From Campylobacterales bacterium (lineage in GTDB: Bacteria; Campylobacterota; Campylobacteria; Campylobacterales; QNZT01): a DNA stretch of 31,042 bases. Positions within the stretch are counted from its first letter, which is position 1; each line of letters opens with the position of its first letter. The notes beneath the pieces were generated by a model. That model was given only the letters and a program-made list of their open reading frames with translations, was not told where the DNA came from and searched no databases. Where the stretch lies: assembly GCA_027080605.1 (NCBI GenBank), contig JALWRO010000021.1, positions 1 to 31,042 of the forward strand. Reading direction: 5' to 3'. The position numbers and the translations under genes were made by a program. Of the stretch, positions 1 to 8,751 are shown piece by piece.

Positions 1-8
1 GTATTGAG

Positions 9-1097
9 TTGATTCCCCTGTTTGACAAATTGCTTTGTTACAGATCGGTAACTCCGGATGATGACGGAGCATTTGATTTTATTGAAGGTTATCTTGAAGA
101 TTTTGAAACGATCTTTTTTGAGAAAGAGGGGGTGAAAAACCTCTTCATGTATAAAAAGTTCGGAGAGGGGGATCACCTCTGTTTCGCAGGGCATATCGAT
201 GTTGTACCGCCCGGAGACGGATGGGAAAGTGATCCGTTTGAACCGGTGCATAAAAAGGGTAAAATTTATGCCCGCGGTGCACAGGATATGAAGAGCGGCG
301 TGGCAGCGTTTCTCAAAGCATGTAAAGATACAAAAGAGTTTAACGGTACGCTCTCGGTGTTGCTGACCAGTGACGAAGAGGGTGATGCGACGTACGGTAC
401 GATCGAGATGATCAAAAAACTCGAATCGATGGATTTCCTGCCCGATTATGTCATTGTTGCGGAACCGACGTGTGAAGAGAGGTTTGGCGATGCCGTGAAG
501 ATCGGACGGAGAGGTTCAATCAACGGTGTTATCGAAAAGATCGGTATGCAGGGGCATGCCGCTTACCCGGAAAAGGCAAAAAATCCTATCCACATCGTTG
601 CACAGGTTTTACCGCATATGGCGGGGGTCAATCTCGACGAAGGGGATGAGAACTTTGCACCGAGTCAGTTTGTCATTACCGATATTCGTGCAGGTATGGA
701 GGTGACCAACGTTACACCCGGAAAACTGAAGATGATGTTCAACGTGCGAAACTCCACCAAAACGACCATCGAAGATGTGGAAGCGTTTGTAGACAAATAT
801 TTTCATGAAATGGACTATACGCTGACACTGAGCCAAAGTGCCAAACCGTTTGTCACCAACCGAAACTCCAAAGTGGTACAGAAGATGCTTGCTTCCATCA
901 AAGATGTAACCGGGATCGATACGAAACTCTCTACTGCCGGCGGGACAAGTGATGCGCGTTTTTTCGGGGAGTACGGGATCGATACGGTGGAGTTCGGTGT
1001 CATTAACGATACAATCCATGCACCGAACGAACGCACATCTGAAGCGGAGGTGGAAGCACTCTACGGCGTGTTTTCCAGAATAATCGAGACGTTTTAA
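9..1097 (+). CDS. dapE: Succinyl-diaminopimelate desuccinylase (M20 family); true start may lie just upstream of the window
   Basis: Motifs FAGHIDVVP, RGAQDMKSG, DEEG, EPT, GRRGS, GHAAYP, GGTSDARF, IHAPNE. The frame stays open to the left edge (ATT GAG before the TTG at 9). Confidence 0.95.
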   Translation: MIPLFDKLLCYRSVTPDDDGAFDFIEGYLEDFETIFFEKEGVKNLFMYKKFGEGDHLCFAGHIDVVPPGDGWESDPFEPVHKKGKIYARGAQDMKSGVAAFLKACKDTKEFNGTLSVLLTSDEEGDATYGTIEMIKKLESMDFLPDYVIVAEPTCEERFGDAVKIGRRGSINGVIEKIGMQGHAAYPEKAKNPIHIVAQVLPHMAGVNLDEGDENFAPSQFVITDIRAGMEVTNVTPGKLKMMFNVRNSTKTTIEDVEAFVDKYFHEMDYTLTLSQSAKPFVTNRNSKVVQKMLASIKDVTGIDTKLSTAGGTSDARFFGEYGIDTVEFGVINDTIHAPNERTSEAEVEALYGVFSRIIETF

Positions 1098-1109
1098 AAA
1101 GGATAGCCT

Positions 1110-2360
1110 GTGATTAAAAGAGAACTCTTCTTCGATGAAGAAGCGACAGATGAGGTGGTGACAGCGGCGTATGATGCGCTCAGAGCGGAGATGCAAAGCG
1201 GCAAAATAGGGTATTATCTGCTGCCGGAATCGGATATGCTGACAAAGATCGAAGTTTTTATCGACGATTACGATTTTGATGCAAAGGGTATCAAAAATAT
1301 CGTGGTGATCGGTATAGGCGGTTCCTCTCTGGGTGCCAAAGCAGTTGATTCGCTGCTTGCACATACACCGTCACGCAATGAGAGAAAACTGCTTTTTCTG
1401 GAAAATGTGGATCCGGTAGAGACTGAAAATATTTTGAAAGAGCTTGTGTATGAAGAGAGCTTTTTCATCATGATTTCCAAATCGGGTTCGACGATAGAGA
1501 CCACTTCGCATGTCAAACAGATTGTCGCCCGTTTCGATGCGCCGGTGGAGAGTGAGAGGTTCAGAGAGCATTTCGCGTTTATTACCGATGCGGGATCGCC
1601 GCTGGATGCATTTGGCAAAGCGTGTCAGGTGCCGACGTTTCATATTCCGCACAATGTCGGTGGGCGTTTTTCCGTCCTCTCCGCAGTTGGTTTGCTGCCG
1701 CTGACACTGCTGGGGTACGACACCAGAGCACTGCTTGCCGGAGCAAAAGCACTGAAAGACTCTTTCTTTGACCACAGTGAAGATTTGCTGGTACAAAAAG
1801 CGTATTACTATGCAACCCACAGCAAAATGTTTCCTATTAACGTGCTTTTCTCCTATGGCAGTGCTTTTAAAGAATTTAACGCATGGTATGTCCAGCTTTG
1901 GGGTGAGTCGCTCGGGAAAATCGACAAAGATGGGAACCATGTCGGCATGACACCGGTCGGGATTATCGGTTCGGTGGATCAGCACTCCTTTTTGCAGCTT
2001 CTGATCGAAGGTCCGCGTGACAAAACGGTGACGATGATCAAGATAGTCGATTTTCAGATGCCGACGGTCATTCCCAATGTTTCCCTGCCGCATCTTGAAA
2101 AGACAGACTATATCAATGGACACACATTTAATGAATTGATCAATGCGCAGTGTGATGCGACGATGGAGAGTATCCTGCAGCAGGGGATCAGTGTGGACAA
2201 AATAGAGATCGGCAAACTCGACGAGTACAATACCGGATATATGATTATGTACTATGAACTGCTTACCTCACTTTGCGGGCACTTTCTGGGTGTCAATACC
2301 TACGACCAGCCGGGTGTGGAACTGGGCAAGCAGATTTTGAAAGGGAAATTTGCCGGCTGA
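1110..2360 (+). CDS. pgi: Glucose-6-phosphate isomerase
   Basis: GIGGSSLG, SKSGSTIET, VGGRFSVLS, QLWGESLGK, DQHSFLQL, YDQPGVELGK; GTG start. Confidence 0.96.
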   Translation: MIKRELFFDEEATDEVVTAAYDALRAEMQSGKIGYYLLPESDMLTKIEVFIDDYDFDAKGIKNIVVIGIGGSSLGAKAVDSLLAHTPSRNERKLLFLENVDPVETENILKELVYEESFFIMISKSGSTIETTSHVKQIVARFDAPVESERFREHFAFITDAGSPLDAFGKACQVPTFHIPHNVGGRFSVLSAVGLLPLTLLGYDTRALLAGAKALKDSFFDHSEDLLVQKAYYYATHSKMFPINVLFSYGSAFKEFNAWYVQLWGESLGKIDKDGNHVGMTPVGIIGSVDQHSFLQLLIEGPRDKTVTMIKIVDFQMPTVIPNVSLPHLEKTDYINGHTFNELINAQCDATMESILQQGISVDKIEIGKLDEYNTGYMIMYYELLTSLCGHFLGVNTYDQPGVELGKQILKGKFAG

Positions 2361-3105
2361 TCGTTTGATTATCTTCACCGACCTCGACGGAAGTCTGCTC
2401 GACCACGGAGACTACAGCTTCTCCGGGGCGCTTCCTGTGCTCTCTTATCTTCGAAAAGAGCATATTCCTCTCATCTATACTACCAGCAAAACACGTCAGG
2501 AGTGCCTTCTTTTGCAAAAAGCGATGCAGATCAGTGCGCCGTTTATTGTCGAAAACGGTGCGTGCGTCTGTTACCCCGACGGGGAAGAGGTGTTGCTGGG
2601 ACGTCCTCATGAAGAGATTGCCGCTTTTATCGACAAATATAAGGGGCGTTTCGGTATCCGGGCGTTTAAAGATATGTCTGTCGAAGAGATTGCCCGGCAT
2701 ACCGGTTTTTCGAAAGAGCAGGCGATACTGGCAAAAGCAAGAGACTTCAGCGAACCCTTTTTGATCGACGAAAAGATGGATATTGCCGGATTGACCGCTG
2801 TTGCAGAAAAAGAGGGGTTTAAGATTCTTCGTGGAGGGCGTTTTTACCACTGTGTCGGTGCGGGGCAGGACAAAGGTAAAGCGGTGCAAAAAGTGCTGGA
2901 GCGATACCCCGGTTACACCAGTATTGCCCTGGGGGACAACTTCAACGATATTGCAATGCTGGAAGTGGTGGATATTCCCATCCTCATTCCCCGGTACGGG
3001 GGCGACTATATTCCGCTTCGTTTGCCAAATCTCATCAAAGCGCCTCATGAAGGAAGCAGAGGCTGGAACGAAGCGCTCGAAAAGGTGTTGTGGCATGAGT
3101 CATAA
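2350..3105 (+). CDS. gpgP: HAD-superfamily mannosyl/glucosyl-3-phosphoglycerate phosphatase (MpgP/GpgP family)
   Basis: FTDLDGSLLD, TTSKT, PFIVENGA, ARDFSEPF, GGRFYH, ALGDNFND. Context next to gpgS favours a glucosyl substrate. TTG start overlaps the pgi stop. Confidence 0.85.
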   Translation: MPADRLIIFTDLDGSLLDHGDYSFSGALPVLSYLRKEHIPLIYTTSKTRQECLLLQKAMQISAPFIVENGACVCYPDGEEVLLGRPHEEIAAFIDKYKGRFGIRAFKDMSVEEIARHTGFSKEQAILAKARDFSEPFLIDEKMDIAGLTAVAEKEGFKILRGGRFYHCVGAGQDKGKAVQKVLERYPGYTSIALGDNFNDIAMLEVVDIPILIPRYGGDYIPLRLPNLIKAPHEGSRGWNEALEKVLWHES

Positions 3106-4303
3106 AAAGCGTGCAATAGCGCTTTTTCAAAGCGGTGTGGAGGCGGTACAGCCGGAAAATCTGCATTATGATCTGGAGGGGTTTGCTGAAAAAGAGATCA
3201 CGTTGCTGGGTTCCGGAAAAGCGGTAGCGGGTATGGCAAAGGCGTTGCTGGCGCAGGGCGTGAAAGTGAAAAAGAGTTTTCTGGTGAGTCATGTTTATGA
3301 AACGGTTCCCGGAGTGGAGATGTTTGTCTCTTCACATCCGGTACCCTCATCCCAAAGTGTGGAAGCGGCAGAAAAGCTCATGAAGATTATGGCAGAACTG
3401 AAAGCGGAGGAGCAGTTTGTCTATCTGCTTTCCGGAGGCAGTTCCGCGCTGGTTGAAAAGCCGATTGCACCGGTGACACTGGAAGAGATGCGCGTTTTGA
3501 CGACCATGTTGTTACAAAGCGGTGCGTCGATCGGAGAACTCAACACGGTTCGCAAACACCTCTCCATGATCAAAGGCGGCAGACTGGGGGCAATGACAAA
3601 GGCAAAGGGTAAAGTGTTTGTCATCAGCGATGTGATCGGCGACGACTTGGAAGCGATCGGATCGGCACCGCTTTACTGCGACAGCAGCAGTAGTGAAGAT
3701 GCCAAAGAGGTTTTGGTACAATACGGTTTATGGGGACGTGTGGCAGAGTCTGTTCGAAATGTGATTACATCGTCTCTTCATGAAACACCCAAAATGCCAA
3801 ATCCGGCGATTGTGCATGAAGTGGTGGCATCGAACAGGAGAGCGCTGGAAGCGGTAGCGCGTGAAGCGCAGCGGATGGGGTACGAAGCAGAGATTGTCAC
3901 TGACCGTATGCAGGGGGATGTTCGGGAAGTTGCCGGTAAGATTGCCCGATATGCAGAACTGCCGGTAAAAGAGAAGCCGCGCTGCTTTATCTTCGGCGGG
4001 GAAACGACGGTGGAAGTCAAAGGTAACGGCAAAGGCGGTCGCAATCAGGAACTCGCCCTTTGGGTCCTCAAAGCGATTCAAGAGAAAGGTATCTGTACTT
4101 TTCTGAGTGCCGGAACGGATGGTAAAGACGGTGTGGGTGATGCAGCAGGCGCGGTGGTGGAGAGCGGCGATCTTCATGAAGATGTGGATTACTATTTGCA
4201 AAACAACGACTCTTACCGCTACCATCAAAAGTACGGTACGCTGATTCGCACGGGTGCAAGCGGTACCAATGTCATGGATATCATGATCCTGATAAAGGAG
4301 TAA
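3095..4303 (+). CDS. Glycerate kinase, MOFRL/DUF4147 class (glycerate 2-kinase type)
   Basis: GSGKA, LSGGSSAL, RKHLSMIKGGRL, SDVIGDDL, GGETTV, GKGGRNQELAL, GTDGKDG, GTNVMD. Start moved to the ATG at 3095 (MSHKK); the upstream part of the 500-aa track ORF overlaps gpgP. Confidence 0.88.
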   Translation: MSHKKRAIALFQSGVEAVQPENLHYDLEGFAEKEITLLGSGKAVAGMAKALLAQGVKVKKSFLVSHVYETVPGVEMFVSSHPVPSSQSVEAAEKLMKIMAELKAEEQFVYLLSGGSSALVEKPIAPVTLEEMRVLTTMLLQSGASIGELNTVRKHLSMIKGGRLGAMTKAKGKVFVISDVIGDDLEAIGSAPLYCDSSSSEDAKEVLVQYGLWGRVAESVRNVITSSLHETPKMPNPAIVHEVVASNRRALEAVAREAQRMGYEAEIVTDRMQGDVREVAGKIARYAELPVKEKPRCFIFGGETTVEVKGNGKGGRNQELALWVLKAIQEKGICTFLSAGTDGKDGVGDAAGAVVESGDLHEDVDYYLQNNDSYRYHQKYGTLIRTGASGTNVMDIMILIKE

Positions 4304-4304
4304 T

Positions 4305-5513
4305 ATGTCAGATTTTTTTCAAAACGGTGTTATTACGACTATCCCGAAACTGGGAAGCCGTACGATCGAAGATATGGAAGCGGAACTGGTCAGGCTCTCA
4401 AAACGACGCAATATGGTGCTGATTTTACCTGCACTGTACAGTGAGTTTGAGTCGGATGCGATGCGGCGAATTGTGGATGAGCTGAAAAAGGTGACCTATC
4501 TCTACCGCATTGTGCTGGGACTGGATAAGGCGAATGCATCTGAATTTGAAAAAGTCAAAGCGATTATGTCGGAAATCCCTACCCCGGTCGATGTTATATG
4601 GAATGACGGTCCGCGTATCAAAGCGCTGAAAGAGGAGCTCTCCGCAGCGGGGTTTCAGTCGATCAACATGCGGGGAAAAGGGCTCAATGTCTGGATGATG
4701 CTGGGGTATATTCTCTCCGACCAGGATGCCTACGCCATTGCCGTGCATGACTGCGACATCGTGAACTATACACGGGAGGTCCCCGCGCGGCTGCTTTATC
4801 CGATTGTCCATCCTGGGTTTGATTTTGAGTTTAACAAGGGGTATTACGCCCGGGTGACAGATCGGGTACACGGGCGTGCGACACGGCTCTTTTACACGCC
4901 GCTGCTCAAGTCACTGGAGCGGATTTTTGGAAAAAACCGCTATCTGGACTATATGGGCAGTTTCCGGTATGCCCTTTCGGGCGAGTTTGCATTTATCCGC
5001 TCGCTGGCACGGGGTATCCGTATCTCTCCGACATGGGGACTGGAGGTTTCGACTTTGAGCGAAGTCTATCACAACACTTCCAAAAAGAGAATTTGTCAGT
5101 CGGAGATTATGGAGAGTTATGAGCATAAGCATCAAAATCTAGGCGTTGAAGCGGCAGGTGGCGTCGCGAAGATGACCAAGGAGATTGCCGAGACAATTTT
5201 TCGTATCATGAGCCAGAGCGGTACGACATTTTCAAGCGCCAATTTCAATGCGCTTCTGACGACCTATTTTGAAGAGGCGCAGCGGGCGATTGCGCAGTAC
5301 AGTGTTATTTCCGAAGTCAACGGTTTGGTCTATGACCGTCAAAAAGAGTTGCAGGCGATCAAAGAATTCACCAACTCACTGCGTGCGGCAAACGAAGAGT
5401 TCAACCGTGATCCTATGGGTGTGCCGTCTCTCTCCGCCTGGACGGCGGTACGGTCGGTATTGCCGCATTTTACGTACAAATTCAATGAAGCGGTCAGACT
5501 GGATAATGCCTGA
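4305..5513 (+). CDS. gpgS: Glucosyl-3-phosphoglycerate synthase-like glycosyltransferase (about 400-aa type also seen in marine cyanobacteria and proteobacteria)
   Basis: N-terminal DFFQNGVITT, WNDGPR, GKGLNVW, HDCDI, KGYYARV, GRATRLF, FRYALSGEF, WGLEVSTLSE, YEHKHQ; flanked by a phosphatase and a GH13_18 gene. Confidence 0.82.
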   Translation: MSDFFQNGVITTIPKLGSRTIEDMEAELVRLSKRRNMVLILPALYSEFESDAMRRIVDELKKVTYLYRIVLGLDKANASEFEKVKAIMSEIPTPVDVIWNDGPRIKALKEELSAAGFQSINMRGKGLNVWMMLGYILSDQDAYAIAVHDCDIVNYTREVPARLLYPIVHPGFDFEFNKGYYARVTDRVHGRATRLFYTPLLKSLERIFGKNRYLDYMGSFRYALSGEFAFIRSLARGIRISPTWGLEVSTLSEVYHNTSKKRICQSEIMESYEHKHQNLGVEAAGGVAKMTKEIAETIFRIMSQSGTTFSSANFNALLTTYFEEAQRAIAQYSVISEVNGLVYDRQKELQAIKEFTNSLRAANEEFNRDPMGVPSLSAWTAVRSVLPHFTYKFNEAVRLDNA

Positions 5514-7227
5514 AAAGATGGATGCGATTTACACACGTCTGGTGATGCTTTACGGAGAAGTACATGCCCGGCAGGCGATGGAGGGTATAGAGAAGCTTAT
5601 TGCCGCATACCGGGAAAAGATCACGCCGCAACCCTACAGACTGACACAGAAAGATATGATTTTGATTACCTACGGGGATCAGGTCGTGCGGATCGACGAA
5701 GAACCGCTTGCAACGTTGAAACATTTTCTCGACGAGCATACGGAAGATGTGATTAACACGGTGCATATCCTCCCATTTTATCCCTATTCGTCGGATGACG
5801 GATTTTCGGTGATCGATTATAAAGATGTGTCGCCCCGGATGGGATCGTGGGAAAATATCGAAGCGCTGGCGGAGTCGTACCGGTTGATGTTCGACGGGGT
5901 AATCAACCACATTTCCCAGTACTCCTACTGGTTCAAAAGCTTTCTGGCGGGTGATCCTGCGTACAAAGATTTTTTTATCGATATGGATCCCTCCACCGAC
6001 CTCTCCAGAGTGGTCAGACCGCGTACGCTGCCGCTGCTTCATGAATACCGTGACGAAACGGGGAAAATACGTTATATCTGGACGACATTCAGTAAAGACC
6101 AGGTTGATTTGAACTATAAAAATTATCGGGTGTTGCTGGCGGTGCTCGACGCGCTGCTTTTTTATGTGGAAAAGGGGGCGAAGATTATCCGGCTGGATGC
6201 GATTGCGTTTGTCTGGAAAGAGCCGGGGACGAGTTGTATCCATCTGCCGCAGACACATGAGCTGATTCAGTTGATGCGGGAAGTATTGCACCGGGTATCA
6301 CCGGAGTTGATGATTATTACCGAAACCAATGTGCCTCATGAAGAGAATATCTCCTATTTCGGCAACGGGGAGAATGAAGCGCAGATGGTCTATAACTTCG
6401 CGCTGCCGCCGCTTTTGGCACATACGATGCTCAAAGAGGATACCACCGTACTCAAAGAGTGGGCGCAGACGCTTTCCCTGCCGAGTGATAAAGTCTGTTT
6501 CTTTAACTTTACCGCCAGCCATGACGGATGCGGGCTTCGACCTGTCAGCGAACTGCTTTCGGAGTGCGAGATCGAAGATTTGGTCACGGTTGTCAAAAAG
6601 AGGGGTGGATATGTTTCGTACCGTGCAACGGGTGACGGTGGAAAGAGTCCCTATGAATTAAACGCCAGTTACATCGACATCGTCTCCGATCCAGAAGAGC
6701 CGAATGAGATACGTGCGAAGAAGATGTTGCTGACACAGGCGGTAGCGCTGGCGATGCCCGGTGTGCCGGGAATTTACTTTCATTCGCTGGTAGGATCGGT
6801 AAGTGATTTCAACGCGGTAAAAAGAACGGCGGTGTACCGCTCGATCAACCGGGAAAAACTGAATTTTGATATATTGTCGGAAGAGTTGAACAGACCCGGA
6901 AATCTCAGAGCGATGATTTTCCGAAGTTACAAAAAGCTGCTCTCTATCCGTCGCAATGAATCGGTGTTTGATCCGTATGCCTCTTTTTCATTTCCGGATT
7001 TCGGTAAAGAGGTATTTGCTATACACAGGAAAAATAAAAAGAGCAGTGAAAGTCTGCTGGCACTTTATAATTTTTCAAAAAATCCGATATTATGCAATAT
7101 ATCAAATTTTATCACCCACCCTGCGGAAGAACTTATAAGCAGTGAACGGGTGGAAAATGGTATGATAACAGTTGCACCCTATGCAATACAATGGATAAAA
7201 CAGAAGGAAGATCATGAAAATAAGTAA
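5506..7227 (+). CDS. GH13_18 sucrose-phosphorylase-family enzyme, probably glucosylglycerate phosphorylase
   Basis: LITYGD, VHILPFYPYSSDDGFSVIDY, INHIS, RLDAIAFVWK, GTSCIHL, TETNVPH, ASHDG, YELN. Start placed at ATG 5506 (alternative 5518), overlapping the gpgS stop. Confidence 0.85.
   Translation: MPEKMDAIYTRLVMLYGEVHARQAMEGIEKLIAAYREKITPQPYRLTQKDMILITYGDQVVRIDEEPLATLKHFLDEHTEDVINTVHILPFYPYSSDDGFSVIDYKDVSPRMGSWENIEALAESYRLMFDGVINHISQYSYWFKSFLAGDPAYKDFFIDMDPSTDLSRVVRPRTLPLLHEYRDETGKIRYIWTTFSKDQVDLNYKNYRVLLAVLDALLFYVEKGAKIIRLDAIAFVWKEPGTSCIHLPQTHELIQLMREVLHRVSPELMIITETNVPHEENISYFGNGENEAQMVYNFALPPLLAHTMLKEDTTVLKEWAQTLSLPSDKVCFFNFTASHDGCGLRPVSELLSECEIEDLVTVVKKRGGYVSYRATGDGGKSPYELNASYIDIVSDPEEPNEIRAKKMLLTQAVALAMPGVPGIYFHSLVGSVSDFNAVKRTAVYRSINREKLNFDILSEELNRPGNLRAMIFRSYKKLLSIRRNESVFDPYASFSFPDFGKEVFAIHRKNKKSSESLLALYNFSKNPILCNISNFITHPAEELISSERVENGMITVAPYAIQWIKQKEDHENK
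7158..7166 (+). promoter_or_regulatory. Putative extended -10 box (TGGTATGAT) for galU, inside the phosphorylase 3' end
   Basis: Near-match to TGnTATAAT 47 nt upstream of the galU ATG, within an AT-rich tract. Confidence 0.45.
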
Positions 7228-8044
7228 ATGTCTGTTTCCTGCCGCAGGGTATGGAACACGCTTTTTGCCTGTGACCAAGGCTATGCCCAAAGAGATGCTG
7301 CCGATTTTGACCAAACCGCTGATTCAGTACGGTGTGGAAGAGGCGGTGGAAGCCGGACTCGATACGATGGCTGTGATTACGGGACGGGGAAAAAGAGCGA
7401 TCGAAGATCATTTTGATATTTCGTACGAATTGGAGCATCAGATCAAGGGAAGTTCTAAAGAGCATTTGCTCAGAGAGATTCGTATGCTGATTGCAAAATG
7501 TACGTTTACTTACACCCGGCAAATAGAGATGAAGGGACTCGGTGATGCGATTTTAAAAGGCAAAGTGCTGATCGGACAGGAACCTTTTGCGGTTATTCTG
7601 GCAGATGATCTTTGTATCAATGAAGAGGGTAAAGGGGTATTGACACAGATGATCAATCTCTATAAAAGGTATAAATGTTCTATCGTAGCGATTATGGAAG
7701 TGCCGATGGAAGAGACATACAAGTATGGGGTGATTGATGGGAAAGAGCTGGAAGAGGGGGTGTTTATTGTCTCTAAAATGGTGGAGAAACCGGAGCCGTC
7801 CGAAGCACCTTCCAACCTGGCGATTATCGGTCGCTATATTCTGACACCGGATATTTTCGATATTATCAAATCGACTAAACCGGGTAAAAACGGTGAAATA
7901 CAGATTACCGATGCGTTGATGACAATGGCGCAGAAAGGGATGGTTTTAGCGTGTAAATTTAAAGGAAAACGTTTTGACTGCGGTAGTGTGGACGGGTATG
8001 TCGAAGCGACGAACTATCTGTATAATCTGGAAAAAGAGAAGTAA
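7214..8044 (+). CDS. galU: UTP--glucose-1-phosphate uridylyltransferase
   Basis: FPAAGYGTRFLPVTKAMPKEMLP, GLGDAI, LADD, VEKP, GRYIL, GEIQITDA, FDCGS. Confidence 0.97.
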   Translation: MKISKCLFPAAGYGTRFLPVTKAMPKEMLPILTKPLIQYGVEEAVEAGLDTMAVITGRGKRAIEDHFDISYELEHQIKGSSKEHLLREIRMLIAKCTFTYTRQIEMKGLGDAILKGKVLIGQEPFAVILADDLCINEEGKGVLTQMINLYKRYKCSIVAIMEVPMEETYKYGVIDGKELEEGVFIVSKMVEKPEPSEAPSNLAIIGRYILTPDIFDIIKSTKPGKNGEIQITDALMTMAQKGMVLACKFKGKRFDCGSVDGYVEATNYLYNLEKEK

Positions 8045-8052
8045 AAAAGAGG

Positions 8053-8085
8053 GAAAAGCACAGCAGTCAAGCCGCTGTGCTTTTC
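8053..8085. terminator. Bidirectional intrinsic terminator between galU and the convergent OMP gene
   Basis: Perfect 12-bp inverted repeat GAAAAGCACAGC / GCTGTGCTTTTC with a 9-nt loop; A/T runs on both sides. Confidence 0.85.
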
Positions 8086-8095
8086 GTTGCAGGGA

Positions 8096-8644
8096 TTAAA
8101 ACTTATATTCGGCACCGAATGTAAGCTGATTGATATCATCTTCAAACTTGGTAAAGTTGGTGAAGATTTTATAGTTTTCGGTCAAATTATATGCCGCGCC
8201 GATACCGCCGCTCAGGGCAAGATCTTTTCTGATCGTTTTACTGTCCATCAATGCGTCGTTGTTGGTGTGGATATTGAGTGTCGATTTGATACTTTCGTAC
8301 ACTACACCGAGCCTCGGTTTGATGCTCAGTTTATTGATTTTCCAGATGTATGTACCGTACAGACCCAGTGACCAAAAGTCGACATCATGTGTCTTGCCGT
8401 TAAATTTCGCTTCCGGTTTGCTCAACCCGACGGTACCTTCCAGCTCAATTCCCATATCGCTGTAGATATCTTTTCCGGCATTCAGTACGAGTGCTGTTCC
8501 GGTGTCAAATTTATCATTTTTGACATCCTGCATCGCAAACCCGACGCCTACACGATCGAGGTACGATTCTGATGACACATCGCCTGCGGACAGCGCTGTG
8601 CTTACGAGTAGACCTGCAATGCATGTGGCTAATAATCTATTCAT
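8096..8644 (-). CDS. Small outer-membrane beta-barrel protein (OmpA-like membrane domain/porin family)
   Basis: Signal peptide (MNRLLATCIAGLLVSTALSA), amphipathic strands (GIELEG, GLYGTY, GGIGAAYNL), C-terminal GAEYKF; AAGGAG RBS at 8651-8656 on the - strand. Confidence 0.8.
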   Translation of the reverse strand: MNRLLATCIAGLLVSTALSAGDVSSESYLDRVGVGFAMQDVKNDKFDTGTALVLNAGKDIYSDMGIELEGTVGLSKPEAKFNGKTHDVDFWSLGLYGTYIWKINKLSIKPRLGVVYESIKSTLNIHTNNDALMDSKTIRKDLALSGGIGAAYNLTENYKIFTNFTKFEDDINQLTFGAEYKF

Positions 8645-8670
8645 AACAAACTCCTTAGTTCTTAATACAT

Positions 8671-8676
8671 ATTATA
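8671..8676 (-). promoter_or_regulatory. Putative -10 box (TATAAT) for the OMP gene
   Basis: ATTATA on + strand, about 27 nt upstream of the start codon. Confidence 0.45.
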
Positions 8677-8717
8677 TAGAATAAACTTTAAAATAAAATT
8701 TATGTTTATATATATTT

Positions 8718-8726
8718 TGTTATAAT
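8718..8726 (+). promoter_or_regulatory. Extended -10 box (TGTTATAAT) for ridA
   Basis: Exact TGnTATAAT 25 nt upstream of the ATG. Confidence 0.7.
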
Positions 8727-8751
8727 CCTGAAAAATCGATTTCAAAGGATA

